Notes: generated by a model not told the origin, from the sequence alone. Counted from the stretch's first letter, positions 18,564-28,729 are shown. The stretch is 64,000 nt of DNA from Minisyncoccota bacterium (GCA_022843285.1 JALHNY010000001.1:79128-143127); one strand, 5' to 3'. Translations and numbers: made by a program.

Positions 18564-19874
18564 ATGCAGTGGAGTTACGCCAAGCGCGCCGCTACCGTTT
18601 TTGGTCTCAGCGCCCTAGCGATTGGAATAGCTGCGTCCCCGCAGTACGTCCCAGCCCTCTTCGGGGCTCTTTCCGGTGCCACGGCCGCCCAGAGCGCGCT
18701 GGCGCAGAGCCTCACCAAGGAGCAGCTCGAGGCCCAGATCAACGATCGCAACAGCAAGCTCCGCGAGGTGCAGCTCAAGCTCGACGCCGCCCGCGGGCGG
18801 CTCAACACGACGAGCGGCCAGCGCAAGACGCTCCAGGGCGAGGTGAACCGCCTGGAGGCGCAGATCGACGAGCTGGAGCTGGGCATCCGAGAGGACGAGC
18901 TCATGGTCGAGCGCCTCGGCTTCGAGATTTCCGCGCTCAACAACGACGTCACGTCGCTGCGCTCCCGCATGAAGGACAAGCAGGGGACCATCGCCGCGCT
19001 CCTCGTGCAGGTGCAGAAGACGGAGGCGCAGTCCCCGCTCATCAAGCTGCTGAGCACCGACACCCTGAGCGACAGCGTGCTCACGGCGCACTCCATTGCC
19101 GCCCTCCAGGACCGCGTGCGGGTCGACCTCGCCGAGCTGCGCGACTTCCAGAACCAGGTGCTCGGCAAAATTGACTCATCGAGCGAGAAGCGCGCCGAGG
19201 CGGAGCAGCGCGCGCTCTCCCTGTCCACGAAGAAGGAGCTCGTCGCGGACCAGCAGGCGAGCCGCGCGCAGGTGCTCGCCCGCACGAAGAGCGAGGAGGC
19301 GGTCTACCAGGCCCAGGTCGCAGCCCTCGCGGCCGAGCAGAAGAAGATTGCCGCCGAGATGGAGGCGCTGGACGCGGCGCTCCGCGCGCAGATCAACAAG
19401 GCGAACCTCCCGACGAGCGGCAAGGGGACGCTCGTGATGCCGGTTGCCGGGCGCATCTCGCAGGGGTACGGCGCGACGAGCTTCGCGCAGACCGGGTACG
19501 CGGGAAAGTGGCACAACGGCATCGACATCGCCGCGCCGCTGGGCACGCCGATTTACGCTGCCGCGGACGGCACCGTGTCGGCAGCGGGCAACCAGGACGC
19601 GTACTGCCCGCGCGGCGCGTACGGGCGGTTCACCGTGATCAGCCACACCAACGGCCTGACGAGCCTGTACGCGCACCAGTCCAAGCAGCTGGTCGCGGCG
19701 GGCAGCACCGTCACCCGCGGGCAGCTGATCGGCTACGTGGGTGCCACCGGCTACGCGACCGGCCCCCACCTGCACTTCACCGTGTACTCCAGCCCGACCT
19801 TCAAGATGGGCGGGAGCCGCGTGTGCGGCCCCATGCCCCAGGGAGGCGACGTGAACCCGTTCAACTACCTCTAG
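18564..19874 (+). CDS. M23 peptidase with long coiled coil (EnvC-like murein hydrolase)
   Basis: Signal/TM segment and coiled coil; HNGID, YAH and TGPHLHF zinc ligands are intact. Confidence 0.9.
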   Translation: MQWSYAKRAATVFGLSALAIGIAASPQYVPALFGALSGATAAQSALAQSLTKEQLEAQINDRNSKLREVQLKLDAARGRLNTTSGQRKTLQGEVNRLEAQIDELELGIREDELMVERLGFEISALNNDVTSLRSRMKDKQGTIAALLVQVQKTEAQSPLIKLLSTDTLSDSVLTAHSIAALQDRVRVDLAELRDFQNQVLGKIDSSSEKRAEAEQRALSLSTKKELVADQQASRAQVLARTKSEEAVYQAQVAALAAEQKKIAAEMEALDAALRAQINKANLPTSGKGTLVMPVAGRISQGYGATSFAQTGYAGKWHNGIDIAAPLGTPIYAAADGTVSAAGNQDAYCPRGAYGRFTVISHTNGLTSLYAHQSKQLVAAGSTVTRGQLIGYVGATGYATGPHLHFTVYSSPTFKMGGSRVCGPMPQGGDVNPFNYL

Positions 19875-19875
19875 C

Positions 19876-20043
19876 ATGGAACCCGAAATCGTGGGTACCT
19901 TTCTCTCGGATCTGCGCGAGCAGCTGTCCGGCCTCCTGGGCCTGGCTGAGGATTTCATCGCCCTGATTGACCGTCTGGTGGTGCTCGCAGCTGACGCGAT
20001 CCGGTCGCTCCTGTCTGCACTGGCTGGCATCATCGGAGCGTAA
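19876..20043 (+). CDS. Small hydrophobic/amphipathic protein (55 aa), not in the ORF track
   Basis: ATG 1 nt after the M23 stop: MEPEIVGTFLSDLREQLSGLLGLAEDFIALIDRLVVLAADAIRSLLSALAGIIGA*. Confidence 0.55.
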   Translation: MEPEIVGTFLSDLREQLSGLLGLAEDFIALIDRLVVLAADAIRSLLSALAGIIGA

Positions 20044-20085
20044 GGTTTGGGAAAAGGTGGATAGTGTGTATACTTGGATACGATT

Positions 20086-21276
<1,191 letters not shown>

Positions 21277-21280
21277 GCAA

Positions 21281-21305
21281 AGAGCTACCCGTTCAGGGTA
21301 GCTCT
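21281..21305. terminator. Hairpin between convergent genes
   Basis: AGAGCTACCC-gttca-GGGTAGCTCT, 10-bp stem. Confidence 0.75.
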
Positions 21306-21328
21306 CGTTTCACGACACAAGTCGGTCC

Positions 21329-21628
21329 TCAACTGACCAGAATAATCCGCTCTGTAAAGGTGCCGCGGGATTCAGCTTTGAGCTTCTTGATCTCCCAGAT
21401 GGCGTCCCAGTTCATGCCGCGGTACTCCAGTATGGCTTCCAGAACCTCCAGGATGTCGGCGATCTCTCCGGTGTTTTCCGAAGACGTAAACTCGTCCGCC
21501 TCCTCGTGGAGCTTCTTCTTGAGCTCTGCCCAGTACTCGTCATCGGTTGCGATGTGAGTGACCGCCACAGCGCCGTCTTTGCGAATGATGTCGGGAATCT
21601 TATCCCGTACCAGTTTCTACGTTTTCAT
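21329..21628 (-). pseudogene. MazG-like/PRA-PH nucleoside triphosphate pyrophosphohydrolase with in-frame TAG at codon 4
   Basis: GGAGG SD, then ATG AAA ACG TAG AAA CTG GTA CGG GAT AAG, giving MKT*KLVRDKIP..KKKLHEEADEF..EIADILEV..RGTF. Confidence 0.7.
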
Positions 21629-22007
21629 TTTGAACCTCCAGCGTTTTTTTGAAATCGTGCAATGCCATAAGTCCGCCGAGGATGAAGCAGGGCATTTTTA
21701 GCTTCTTCACCCACAGCCAGGTTCGAAACTGTGCCACCGTAGCCTTACCTCGCGCGTGGCGACGCTCTAGGGTTCTCCACGTCTTACGATACGCGATCAA
21801 GCTCGATCGTAGGTTCTCGAGCGCGACTAGAGACATAAGTAGGTTCAGTGGCCAGATTTCTGGCACGTATCCCGGTAGATCAGACTGTACAAAGTTTAGG
21901 ATGTTCGCCGTGATGACCAGAGACAGGCACAGGCCTGTCACCGGATTCACTATTACTAGCTGCAATCGTTTGAGCACACCAACGTGCACCCGAGTAGTTT
22001 TAAACAT
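21600..22007 (-). CDS. Orphan membrane protein, lower GC
   Basis: Hydrophobic segments and a GGGAG SD; overlaps the downstream gene by 29 nt. Confidence 0.5.
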   Translation of the reverse strand: MFKTTRVHVGVLKRLQLVIVNPVTGLCLSLVITANILNFVQSDLPGYVPEIWPLNLLMSLVALENLRSSLIAYRKTWRTLERRHARGKATVAQFRTWLWVKKLKMPCFILGGLMALHDFKKTLEVQNENVETGTG

Positions 22008-22162
22008 TCAGGTTCTCCCAGATTGAAATTTGATAAGCACTTTGGCTTCACTGATTAGGACTATGCCAATTGGGGCCTTTTAAATCCATAGTCGTGACGC
22101 AAATTGTATATTGTGCGACATGCAAGGAGAAACAAGGTGTGGGGCTTGAAAACCCCACCGCT

Positions 22163-22633
22163 TCAGCCGATTACGTCCGGCCAGTCGTCCTCCCCTCGCT
22201 CGTCAGTCTCCTCGATCAGCTCTGCGGGCATTGCGCCGAGGAAAGCTTCGCCCTCGCCGATGCGGTTCCAGGTGTGCTCGATGAGCACGTTGACTGCTCC
22301 GATAATTGTGTCCGGGAAGTCACCGCTGCCGGCGCTGTCATACTCAAGCACCAGGTGCCTCTCGCCCACGCAGACCGCGATCACGCCGTCGGTGAGCAGC
22401 AGGTTCGCCACGAAAGACTGCAGCTCGAGCGGCAAGCTCAGGATGGATCCCCCGAACTCATCGACGCGCAGGCTCACCGTTGAACCCTCGCTTCCCTCTT
22501 CGGGCTCGAAGCCCTCGCTGAGTTTGAACATTGCCGGCTCATCCGTGATGAGGCAGGCAAACTGCAGCACGGGCGCAATCGCTCCCGAGGGTTCTAGCTC
22601 CCAGGTCGGCGCTACCGCCATTCCTAACTCCAT
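22163..22633 (-). CDS. Orphan acidic protein
   Basis: AGGAG SD, a promoter TTGTCA-17-TAGCCT (22673-22701) and a downstream hairpin GTGGGG/CCCCAC (22139-22158). Confidence 0.65.
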   Translation of the reverse strand: MELGMAVAPTWELEPSGAIAPVLQFACLITDEPAMFKLSEGFEPEEGSEGSTVSLRVDEFGGSILSLPLELQSFVANLLLTDGVIAVCVGERHLVLEYDSAGSGDFPDTIIGAVNVLIEHTWNRIGEGEAFLGAMPAELIEETDERGEDDWPDVIG

Positions 22634-22741
22634 TTTTTTCTTCTCCTATTCTGGCATTAAGTTTCCGCCACCAGGCTACCCTCCCCTCCCGGGCGTGACA
22701 AGCTAGCCCACTGGTGGTCTGACTGGACTCCCAAAGTGCGC

Positions 22742-22777
22742 AAAAGCGCGGACGCACCCTCAGGTGAATCCGCGCTT
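22742..22777 (-). terminator. Intrinsic terminator of the lysozyme-like gene
   Basis: AAGCGCGGA..TCCGCGCTT stem with a U-run on the minus strand. Confidence 0.65.
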
Positions 22778-22790
22778 CGAGTTGTACCGC

Positions 22791-23342
22791 CTACTGGGCG
22801 ATGGCCACCTGCTCGATGACCTTCTCCTCGAGAGGAGGCAGGCCGACACCCTTCCTGAGCACCGTGTAGCCCCAGTGACGCCAGTTGCTGTTCTTCTCCA
22901 GAATCATGTGCTTAGCAACTTTCTTCTGAAGCGAGCAGCTGTACAGGAGCTCCTCCCATGAGGTTACCGTCGTGGCGTCTACCAGACCGTAGCGGGTCGA
23001 GTACGCCTTGAAGGTAGCCATCTGGAACTGGAGGCAGCCGTAGCTGTAGCGCCCATTCACGTCGAGGACCTTGATCCTCTCGCGGTTGTTGGACTCCTTT
23101 TCGGCGAGGTGGTCGAGCCACGCATCCAGGTTCGTGTAAACCAGGGTCGTGCTCGCAGTCGTCGAAGCGGTGTTCGGGATGGTTCCCATTACCGTGCTCG
23201 AAGTGGTCGAGCTGGTAGCGGGCTTAGCAGTTGAGCCGTATGTAGCCGTCGCGGTTATTGCATTCAGGTTGGTGGTGAGTAAACCGCTCACCACCGCCCC
23301 TACTGCCGCACTCACGACAACGTTTTTGAGGTTGATACCCAT
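22791..23342 (-). CDS. Secreted lysozyme-like/transglycosylase-fold protein
   Basis: Signal anchor, Thr/Ser linker, then LAEKES..SYGCLQFQMATF..W (catalytic Glu-Ser and GxxQF). Confidence 0.7.
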   Translation of the reverse strand: MGINLKNVVVSAAVGAVVSGLLTTNLNAITATATYGSTAKPATSSTTSSTVMGTIPNTASTTASTTLVYTNLDAWLDHLAEKESNNRERIKVLDVNGRYSYGCLQFQMATFKAYSTRYGLVDATTVTSWEELLYSCSLQKKVAKHMILEKNSNWRHWGYTVLRKGVGLPPLEEKVIEQVAIAQ

Positions 23343-23486
23343 TCAGCGGCAAAGTTGGCAATATCGAGATCTGTCGTTCGCTCCAACTTGCCTGAAACTG
23401 TGCCCCTCTTTCATTAGGCGCAGACTCAGACAAACCACGTGCTCTTGGGAACAAAAAACCTGCGCGCGGCAGATTTAACTGCCCGC

Positions 23487-23516
23487 AGTATACACCCGGC
23501 GGGGGCCCCCGGTCAA
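23487..23516 (-). promoter_or_regulatory. Putative sigma70 promoter with about 140-nt leader
   Basis: TTGACC-18 nt-TATACT on the minus strand. Confidence 0.55.
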
Positions 23517-23601
23517 GCCCCTTTGTGGCAACAACTCGTGAAAAAGCTTGGAAATGCTAGCCCTTTTCGGCTATTTCGTGGTACTATCCACAGGCACTTT
23601 C

Positions 23602-24369
23602 ATGGGCAAATCCTTCTCCCCCACCCCCGATCAGTTCCGCCAGGAAAACGGGTACGAAATTGACGGCGTCTGGTACCCCCGGGTGACGTCCATTGTCGGC
23701 ATCAAGGCGAAGCCGGCGCTCTACCGCTTCTACGGAGAGCAGCCGAGCTTCTACGCCGGCCAGCAGGTCACCGAACGTTCGGCAGAAGAGGGCACGCGCA
23801 TTCACGAGGCGGCGCAGGCAATCCTGCTCGGAGAAGAGCCGGAGGTGCCCAACGACATCGCCCCCGCGATTCAGGCGTTCCGCAAGTTCATCGAGCGGCA
23901 GCCCATCACCACGGAGGCAGCCCACATCGAGCGGCGCATCCACCACCCCGAGATGCGCTACGCCGGGACCATCGACATTCTCGGCACCATGAAGGGCCGC
24001 GTGGGCGTCATCGACATCAAGACGTCCCAGGCCATCTACCGGGACTACAACCTCCAGACCTCCGCGTACATGGAGGCGCTGCTCCCCGACTTCCCCGATC
24101 TCTCGACGCGCTGGATCCTCCGCCTGGACCAGCTCCAGTTCTGCCAGGACTGCAACTCGAGCCGCCGCGTGAAGGGCGGGCGCGAGAAGATTAAGAAGGA
24201 CTACACATCGAAGGTGAAATCCTGCGGCATCCACATCTGGGGTCCGGTCACGGGCATCGCCCAGATCAAGGAGTTCCCAGACTGGAAGGACGACTACGCC
24301 GGCTTCCTGGCTGCCAAGCGCCTCTGGGAGTGGGAGAACGCGGAGCTGCTCGAGAGCATCGGCTACTGA
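23602..24369 (+). CDS. PD-(D/E)XK nuclease superfamily protein (Cas4/RecB-like, not CRISPR-linked)
   Basis: YPRVTSI, GTRIH, E..YAGTID..IDIKT and QTSAY motifs, plus a CxxC..CxxH insert. Confidence 0.8.
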   Translation: MGKSFSPTPDQFRQENGYEIDGVWYPRVTSIVGIKAKPALYRFYGEQPSFYAGQQVTERSAEEGTRIHEAAQAILLGEEPEVPNDIAPAIQAFRKFIERQPITTEAAHIERRIHHPEMRYAGTIDILGTMKGRVGVIDIKTSQAIYRDYNLQTSAYMEALLPDFPDLSTRWILRLDQLQFCQDCNSSRRVKGGREKIKKDYTSKVKSCGIHIWGPVTGIAQIKEFPDWKDDYAGFLAAKRLWEWENAELLESIGY

Positions 24370-24512
24370 CGCTCCCCGCAGGCCTCAAAAACGAGCTTCG
24401 GCACTCCCCTCACCCCGGCGGCGTACCCAACGGCAGAGGCGCAGAAGGTTGCCAGGGCAAAGAGGGCTGCCAGGTAGTAGATGCTCAAGCGAAACCGGGG
24501 CCTAATTGACAC
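24363..24512 (-). CDS. Small single-TM protein (49 aa), not in the ORF track
   Basis: TAGGCT-6 nt-GTG start; MSIRPRFRLSIYYLAALFALATFCASAVGYAAGVRGVPKLVFEACGERQ* fills the intergenic gap. Confidence 0.6.
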   Translation of the reverse strand: MSIRPRFRLSIYYLAALFALATFCASAVGYAAGVRGVPKLVFEACGERQ

Positions 24513-24533
24513 TCCGCCAGCCTACAGTACAAT
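24506..24533 (+). promoter_or_regulatory. sigma70 promoter of rpmA
   Basis: TTGACA-16 nt-TACAAT. Confidence 0.7.
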
Positions 24534-24588
24534 TGCCAGGCACTACTGAGCGGGGCGTTAAGCCCCCTCGCACCACTTTTCTACTGCT

Positions 24589-24867
24589 ATGGCACATACA
24601 ATGTCAGGTGGATCAACCCGCAACGGGCGTGATTCACGTGCCAAGAGCCTCGGCGTGAAGATGCACGACGGCGCCATTGCTGCACCCGGCATGATCATCA
24701 TCCGCCAGCGCGGCCTGAAGTACCTCCCGGGTGAGGGCGTCCGCCGCGGCGACGATGACACGCTGTACGCGATCACCGAGGGCGTCGTGCGCTACGGCAC
24801 CGCACGCAAGAAGAAGTTCGATGGCAACACCCGCGTCGCCACTATTGTGGCTGTACGCGCGCAGTAA
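24589..24867 (+). CDS. rpmA: 50S ribosomal protein L27
   Basis: [27 protein letters not shown] motifs. Confidence 0.97.
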   Translation: MAHTMSGGSTRNGRDSRAKSLGVKMHDGAIAAPGMIIIRQRGLKYLPGEGVRRGDDDTLYAITEGVVRYGTARKKKFDGNTRVATIVAVRAQ

Positions 24868-25285
24868 GCTTCGCCCTCACCCCCTCTTTCCAGGAGACCA
24901 CCACCGCGTGGTCTCCTGTCGTTTTCAGCGGCTGCTTCGGTTCGAGCACGGCGTCCGGGCTCATGCCGTACTCGTCCGCAACCTGGCGGAGAATCTCGTC
25001 TGCCTTCACCGATCCGAAGGTGGTCCCGCTCGCGTCCGTGCGCAAAAAGAACGTGAGGGTCGCCCCGCTCACCTTCTCAGCAATCGCCCTGACCTTCTCG
25101 ATGCGCGCCGCGGCATTGGCGGCTACCTGGTTCGCGTGAGACTGGTGCCCCGAGAGCGTGCCGCCCGTTGCCGGCACGGCTAGCTTGCGCGCGATGAGAA
25201 AGTTGCGCGCGTAGCCCTCCGCCACCTCCTTGATTTCGCCACGCCTGCCGACGCCGCGAACGTCAGCTACGAGCAGCACCTTCAT
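24842..25285 (-). CDS. rplI: 50S ribosomal protein L9
   Basis: [21 protein letters not shown] and FGSV motifs. Confidence 0.95.
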   Translation of the reverse strand: MKVLLVADVRGVGRRGEIKEVAEGYARNFLIARKLAVPATGGTLSGHQSHANQVAANAAARIEKVRAIAEKVSGATLTFFLRTDASGTTFGSVKADEILRQVADEYGMSPDAVLEPKQPLKTTGDHAVVVSWKEGVRAKLTARVQPQ

Positions 25286-25287
25286 GG

Positions 25288-26496
25288 CTAGCGGGAGAAC
25301 TGCTGCCGCGCGACCTCGAGCGCCCTCTGGAGCTGGACGTCCGTCTTCGGGTCATCGTCTTCCTCCACGGCTTCATCCGGCGCGAGGCCGACGTTGTTGA
25401 TCTGCTTGCCGTTGGGCGTGAGCCACTCGGCGACGGTCACCTTGATGGAGGCGCCGTTGCCACCCGGGAGGTCGCGCACCTCCTGCACGGTCCCCTTCCC
25501 GAACGTGGTTTGCCCCACGAGCGGCGCGCGGCGAATGTCGCGCAGGGCCCCCGCTAGGATCTCCGACGCCGATGCGGACCCCGCGTTCACGAGCACCACG
25601 ACGGGCACGTTCTCGAGTGTGCTCGGGCCGCGGGCCGTGAAGTTCAGCACCTCGCCGGAGCGCTCTGCTTCTTTGACCACGACCGCATCACGCGGCACGA
25701 ACCAGCCGGCGATGTCGACGGCCACCTCGAGGAAACCTCCCGGGTTGTTGCGCAGGTCCAGCACGATTGCCTGCGTGTCACTGGGGAGCTCGCGCACCGC
25801 TTCCGCGAACTTTGCGCCGGCGTCCGCGGTGAACTCGTAGAGCTGGATGTGGGCGACCTTCCCCTCCATGGAAACCTCGATGGCGGGGATCTCGATGCGC
25901 TGGCGCACCAGCTCAACCTTGCGCGGCTGCTCGTCCTTCTCGCCCATGACGGTGAGGGTCACCTTTGTCCCCTCCTTGCCCCTGATCTTACTGACCGCCT
26001 CGGTTATGGTGATCATGTCCGTTGAGGCTCCGTCAATTTCCAAGATGAACTCTCCCGCTTTGATGCCCGCGCGCTCTGCGGGCGTGTTCTTGAGCGGCGC
26101 GATGACGACGAGGCTCGCCTCGCGGAAGCCGAGCTCTATGCCCACGCCGCCGAATGCGCCCTGCACGGACTCAGAGAACCTCTGGTTCTCCTCGGGCGTG
26201 AAGAATTCGGAGTGCGGGTCACCCAGTGACTGCACGAGGCCGCGGATGGCGCCGTACACGCGGTTCTGCGTGGAGTCCTCCTCGGCCCTGTAGTGGGCAG
26301 CGTCGATGAGCCGCCACGCTTTCCAGAAGAGGCTGAAGTCTCCGGCATCAATGTCCGATGGGACCGTCGCGTTCGCGACGTTGCTCGCGGGCGCCCCGTC
26401 CGCGCTCCTCGCGCCGAAGGCGTAGCCGCCAAAGAAGCCCGCGCTAGCCACTATGACTGCGACGAGCAGTCCCCCGATGAGCTTCTTTCTATCCAT
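25288..26496 (-). CDS. ctpA: S41A C-terminal processing protease with PDZ domain
   Basis: [21 protein letters not shown] and TFGKGTVQ motifs. Confidence 0.92.
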   Translation of the reverse strand: MDRKKLIGGLLVAVIVASAGFFGGYAFGARSADGAPASNVANATVPSDIDAGDFSLFWKAWRLIDAAHYRAEEDSTQNRVYGAIRGLVQSLGDPHSEFFTPEENQRFSESVQGAFGGVGIELGFREASLVVIAPLKNTPAERAGIKAGEFILEIDGASTDMITITEAVSKIRGKEGTKVTLTVMGEKDEQPRKVELVRQRIEIPAIEVSMEGKVAHIQLYEFTADAGAKFAEAVRELPSDTQAIVLDLRNNPGGFLEVAVDIAGWFVPRDAVVVKEAERSGEVLNFTARGPSTLENVPVVVLVNAGSASASEILAGALRDIRRAPLVGQTTFGKGTVQEVRDLPGGNGASIKVTVAEWLTPNGKQINNVGLAPDEAVEEDDDPKTDVQLQRALEVARQQFSR

Positions 26497-26548
26497 GGTA
26501 CGTGGCGCAAGCCTAGCAGAATTGGGGCCCGTTCGCTAGGATACGGGC

Positions 26549-26851
26549 GTGCTAGACCGCGAGCGCTACCTGTCCGAGCTCGCCGCCAGGCGACGGAAAA
26601 GCCGCGCCTACACCCGGCACCAGCTCATGGGACTCCTGATCGCGGAAGTGCTCGGAGACCGCGCGCACAAGTCGCTGTACATCAAGATGGCCAAAGAGGG
26701 AAACCCGGATTTTCTCATGAGCCTCGCCAAGGACGTCGCGGACCGTCCGGGCATAGACAACCGCGGCGCGTACTTCATGGCTGCCGCCCACGAGCGAGGC
26801 CTCATCCCCTTCACCGACCCAGACCATGCAACCGATCTACCAGCTAGCTGA
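26549..26851 (+). CDS. Hypothetical protein, first gene of the def-fmt operon
   Basis: TAGGAT-6 nt-GTG start; overlaps def; codon usage matches core genes. Confidence 0.65.
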   Translation: MLDRERYLSELAARRRKSRAYTRHQLMGLLIAEVLGDRAHKSLYIKMAKEGNPDFLMSLAKDVADRPGIDNRGAYFMAAAHERGLIPFTDPDHATDLPAS

Positions 26852-27317
26852 TCCCGCGCAGGGCAAGGTGCTCCGCACGCCCCCGCAGCCCTACGCGTTC
26901 GGGGACCACACCCCCGCCGAGACCCGCGCGCTCGTGGACCGCATGAAGCGCGCCATGCACGCGGCGCAGGGCATCGGCCTCTCCGCCAACCAGATTGGCC
27001 TGCCGTGGCAGGTGTTCGTCGGGCAGATTGCCTCCGCGCAGGGCAAGCCGAAGTTCTACGCCGTCTTCAACCCCAAGGTCACCTGGAAGAGCGACGACGT
27101 GAGCCCGTTCGAGGAGGGGTGCCTCAGCATCCCCGGCGTGTACGGCATGGTGGAGCGCAGCGAGAAGATCGTCCTCGAGGGCCAGGACAAGAACGGGAAG
27201 CCGCTGAAGATTAAAGCATGGGGGCTCCTCGCCCGCATGTTCCAGCACGAGGTGGACCACCTCTCCGGCGTCGTGTTCACCGACAAGGCAAAAAACGTGC
27301 GACCCATCATCGAGTGA
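26826..27317 (+). CDS. def: Peptide deformylase
   Basis: GIGLSANQIG, EGCLS and QHEVDHL motifs. Confidence 0.97.
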   Translation: MQPIYQLADPAQGKVLRTPPQPYAFGDHTPAETRALVDRMKRAMHAAQGIGLSANQIGLPWQVFVGQIASAQGKPKFYAVFNPKVTWKSDDVSPFEEGCLSIPGVYGMVERSEKIVLEGQDKNGKPLKIKAWGLLARMFQHEVDHLSGVVFTDKAKNVRPIIE

Positions 27318-28159
27318 AGTACGTCCTCTTTGCCACGCCGCGCTTCGGGGAGCTCGTGCTCCGCGGGCTGGCTGCGCGCGGCCTGCCTCCCGCTCTGGTC
27401 GTGACCAACCCGGACCGCCCGGCTGGGCGCAACCAGGTCATGACCTCGCCGCCGGCTAAAATCGCGGCTGATGAGCTGGGCATCCCGACCCTGCAGCCGG
27501 AGCTGCTCTCCGGCGCCCTCGACGCGCTGCGGGCTGCCGAGGCGGACGTGTTTCTCGTCGCCGCGTACGGGAAGATCCTGAAGCCGGACCTCCTCGCGAT
27601 TCCACCCCGGGGCGTGATCGGCGTGCACCCGTCCCTCCTCCCCCGCCACCGCGGCCCCTCGCCGATGCAGCAGGCCATCCTGGATGGCGACACTGAGACC
27701 GGCGTCACGCTGTTCCTCGTCGACGAGGAGGTAGACCACGGACCGGTCATTGCGCTGGAGCGCGCTCCGCTGGGTTCCGCGGAGACGTACCTCGACCTCG
27801 AGGCTCGCCTGGCAGACCTAGGCGCTGGCCTGGCCTCCCGCACGCTCCCCTCCTGGGTTGCCGGAGAGATCGTTGCCGCCGAGCAGGAGCACCCGGCTGC
27901 GACGTTCACGCGCAAGTTCTCGAGCGAGGACGCGCACGTGAGCTGGGACGAGCTCGTCGAGGCACAGTCTGATCCCGGCGTGGCGGAGCGCGTCGCGCGC
28001 GTGGTGCGCGGCCTCAACCCCGAGCCCGGCGCGTGGACCGAGCGTGCCGGCGTGCGCGTGAAGCTCCTCTCCGCTGAGGTCGCGGGTGGCAGGCTCGCCG
28101 TCACGGAGCACCAGGTGGCGGGCAAGAAGCCGAGCCGGGAACCTTTTCCGATTCTCTGA
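27314..28159 (+). CDS. fmt: Methionyl-tRNA formyltransferase
   Basis: VVTNPDRP, AAYGKIL, HPSLLPRHRGPSP and DHGP motifs. GTGA overlap with def. Confidence 0.95.
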   Translation: MKYVLFATPRFGELVLRGLAARGLPPALVVTNPDRPAGRNQVMTSPPAKIAADELGIPTLQPELLSGALDALRAAEADVFLVAAYGKILKPDLLAIPPRGVIGVHPSLLPRHRGPSPMQQAILDGDTETGVTLFLVDEEVDHGPVIALERAPLGSAETYLDLEARLADLGAGLASRTLPSWVAGEIVAAEQEHPAATFTRKFSSEDAHVSWDELVEAQSDPGVAERVARVVRGLNPEPGAWTERAGVRVKLLSAEVAGGRLAVTEHQVAGKKPSREPFPIL

Positions 28160-28163
28160 ACGC

Positions 28164-28195
28164 AAAAAGGGCCCCCGCGAGGAGGCCCCAGTTTT
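28164..28195. terminator. Bidirectional terminator
   Basis: AAAAA-GGGCC..GGCCC-..TTTT between convergent genes. Confidence 0.55.
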
Positions 28196-28213
28196 GAACA
28201 ATGCGACGGCGCG

Positions 28214-28729
28214 TCAGCCGAGGAACGTGATTCCCGACCGCGGCAGGTAGCCCTTTGAGACGATGACTATCGCCCCGTTGCGAACGAGTCCCGAAGAAAC
28301 CGTGCGGCTCTCCATCGTGCGCTCCCGGAAGTCGAAGGTGACCTCCTGGTAGCTCGAGTTGCTGCCCTGGTCGGGCACGGTGACGACGAATTTGGTCTGG
28401 CGTTTCTTGCCAGTCCGCTCTCGCAGCCAAGCCTTCAAGCTCTTGGAACACGCTTCGGACTTCATGCACCCCGTGAACATTTCTCCGAACCTCGCCGCGG
28501 ATAACGCGCGCGACTGGTCCGTGAGCCTGCCAACGGGGAGCTCTCCATCCGGGCTCGAAACTTGGACGACCTCGAAATCTCCGAGGTTCGCCTTCATTCT
28601 CGCGGGTTGAGCTGGCACGTCTCGCCAGCTCCTGGTGCTCGTGCTCTCGTGCAACTGCCCGAGACGCTCTTCGCGTTGCTCATTCATGGAAACCAGCGAC
28701 GTGCCGGCTCCAGAGTCGTAACTAGACAT
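28214..28729 (-). CDS. Orphan hypothetical protein
   Basis: GGAG SD and a promoter TTGACG-17-TTTAAT (28787-28815) overlapping the helicase 3' end. Confidence 0.6.
   Translation of the reverse strand: MSSYDSGAGTSLVSMNEQREERLGQLHESTSTRSWRDVPAQPARMKANLGDFEVVQVSSPDGELPVGRLTDQSRALSAARFGEMFTGCMKSEACSKSLKAWLRERTGKKRQTKFVVTVPDQGSNSSYQEVTFDFRERTMESRTVSSGLVRNGAIVIVSKGYLPRSGITFLG

Noticed and set aside
21617-21619. Genome-wide stop-codon reassignment (TAG or TGA)
   Set aside because: TAG and TGA end many conserved genes at the expected positions (e.g. trmD, murG, uvrA; secF, def, nfo).
22668-22717. SRP-like or other ncRNA (CCACCAG/CTGGTGG stem with a CCC-GGGA-GGG loop)
   Set aside because: It lacks the SRP CAGG/AGCA internal loop. 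The segment is better explained as the TTGTCA-17-TAGCCT promoter of ORF 22633, possibly with an operator-like inverted repeat.
23602-24369. Cas4 / CRISPR locus
   Set aside because: No repeat-spacer array or other cas genes were seen in the window.
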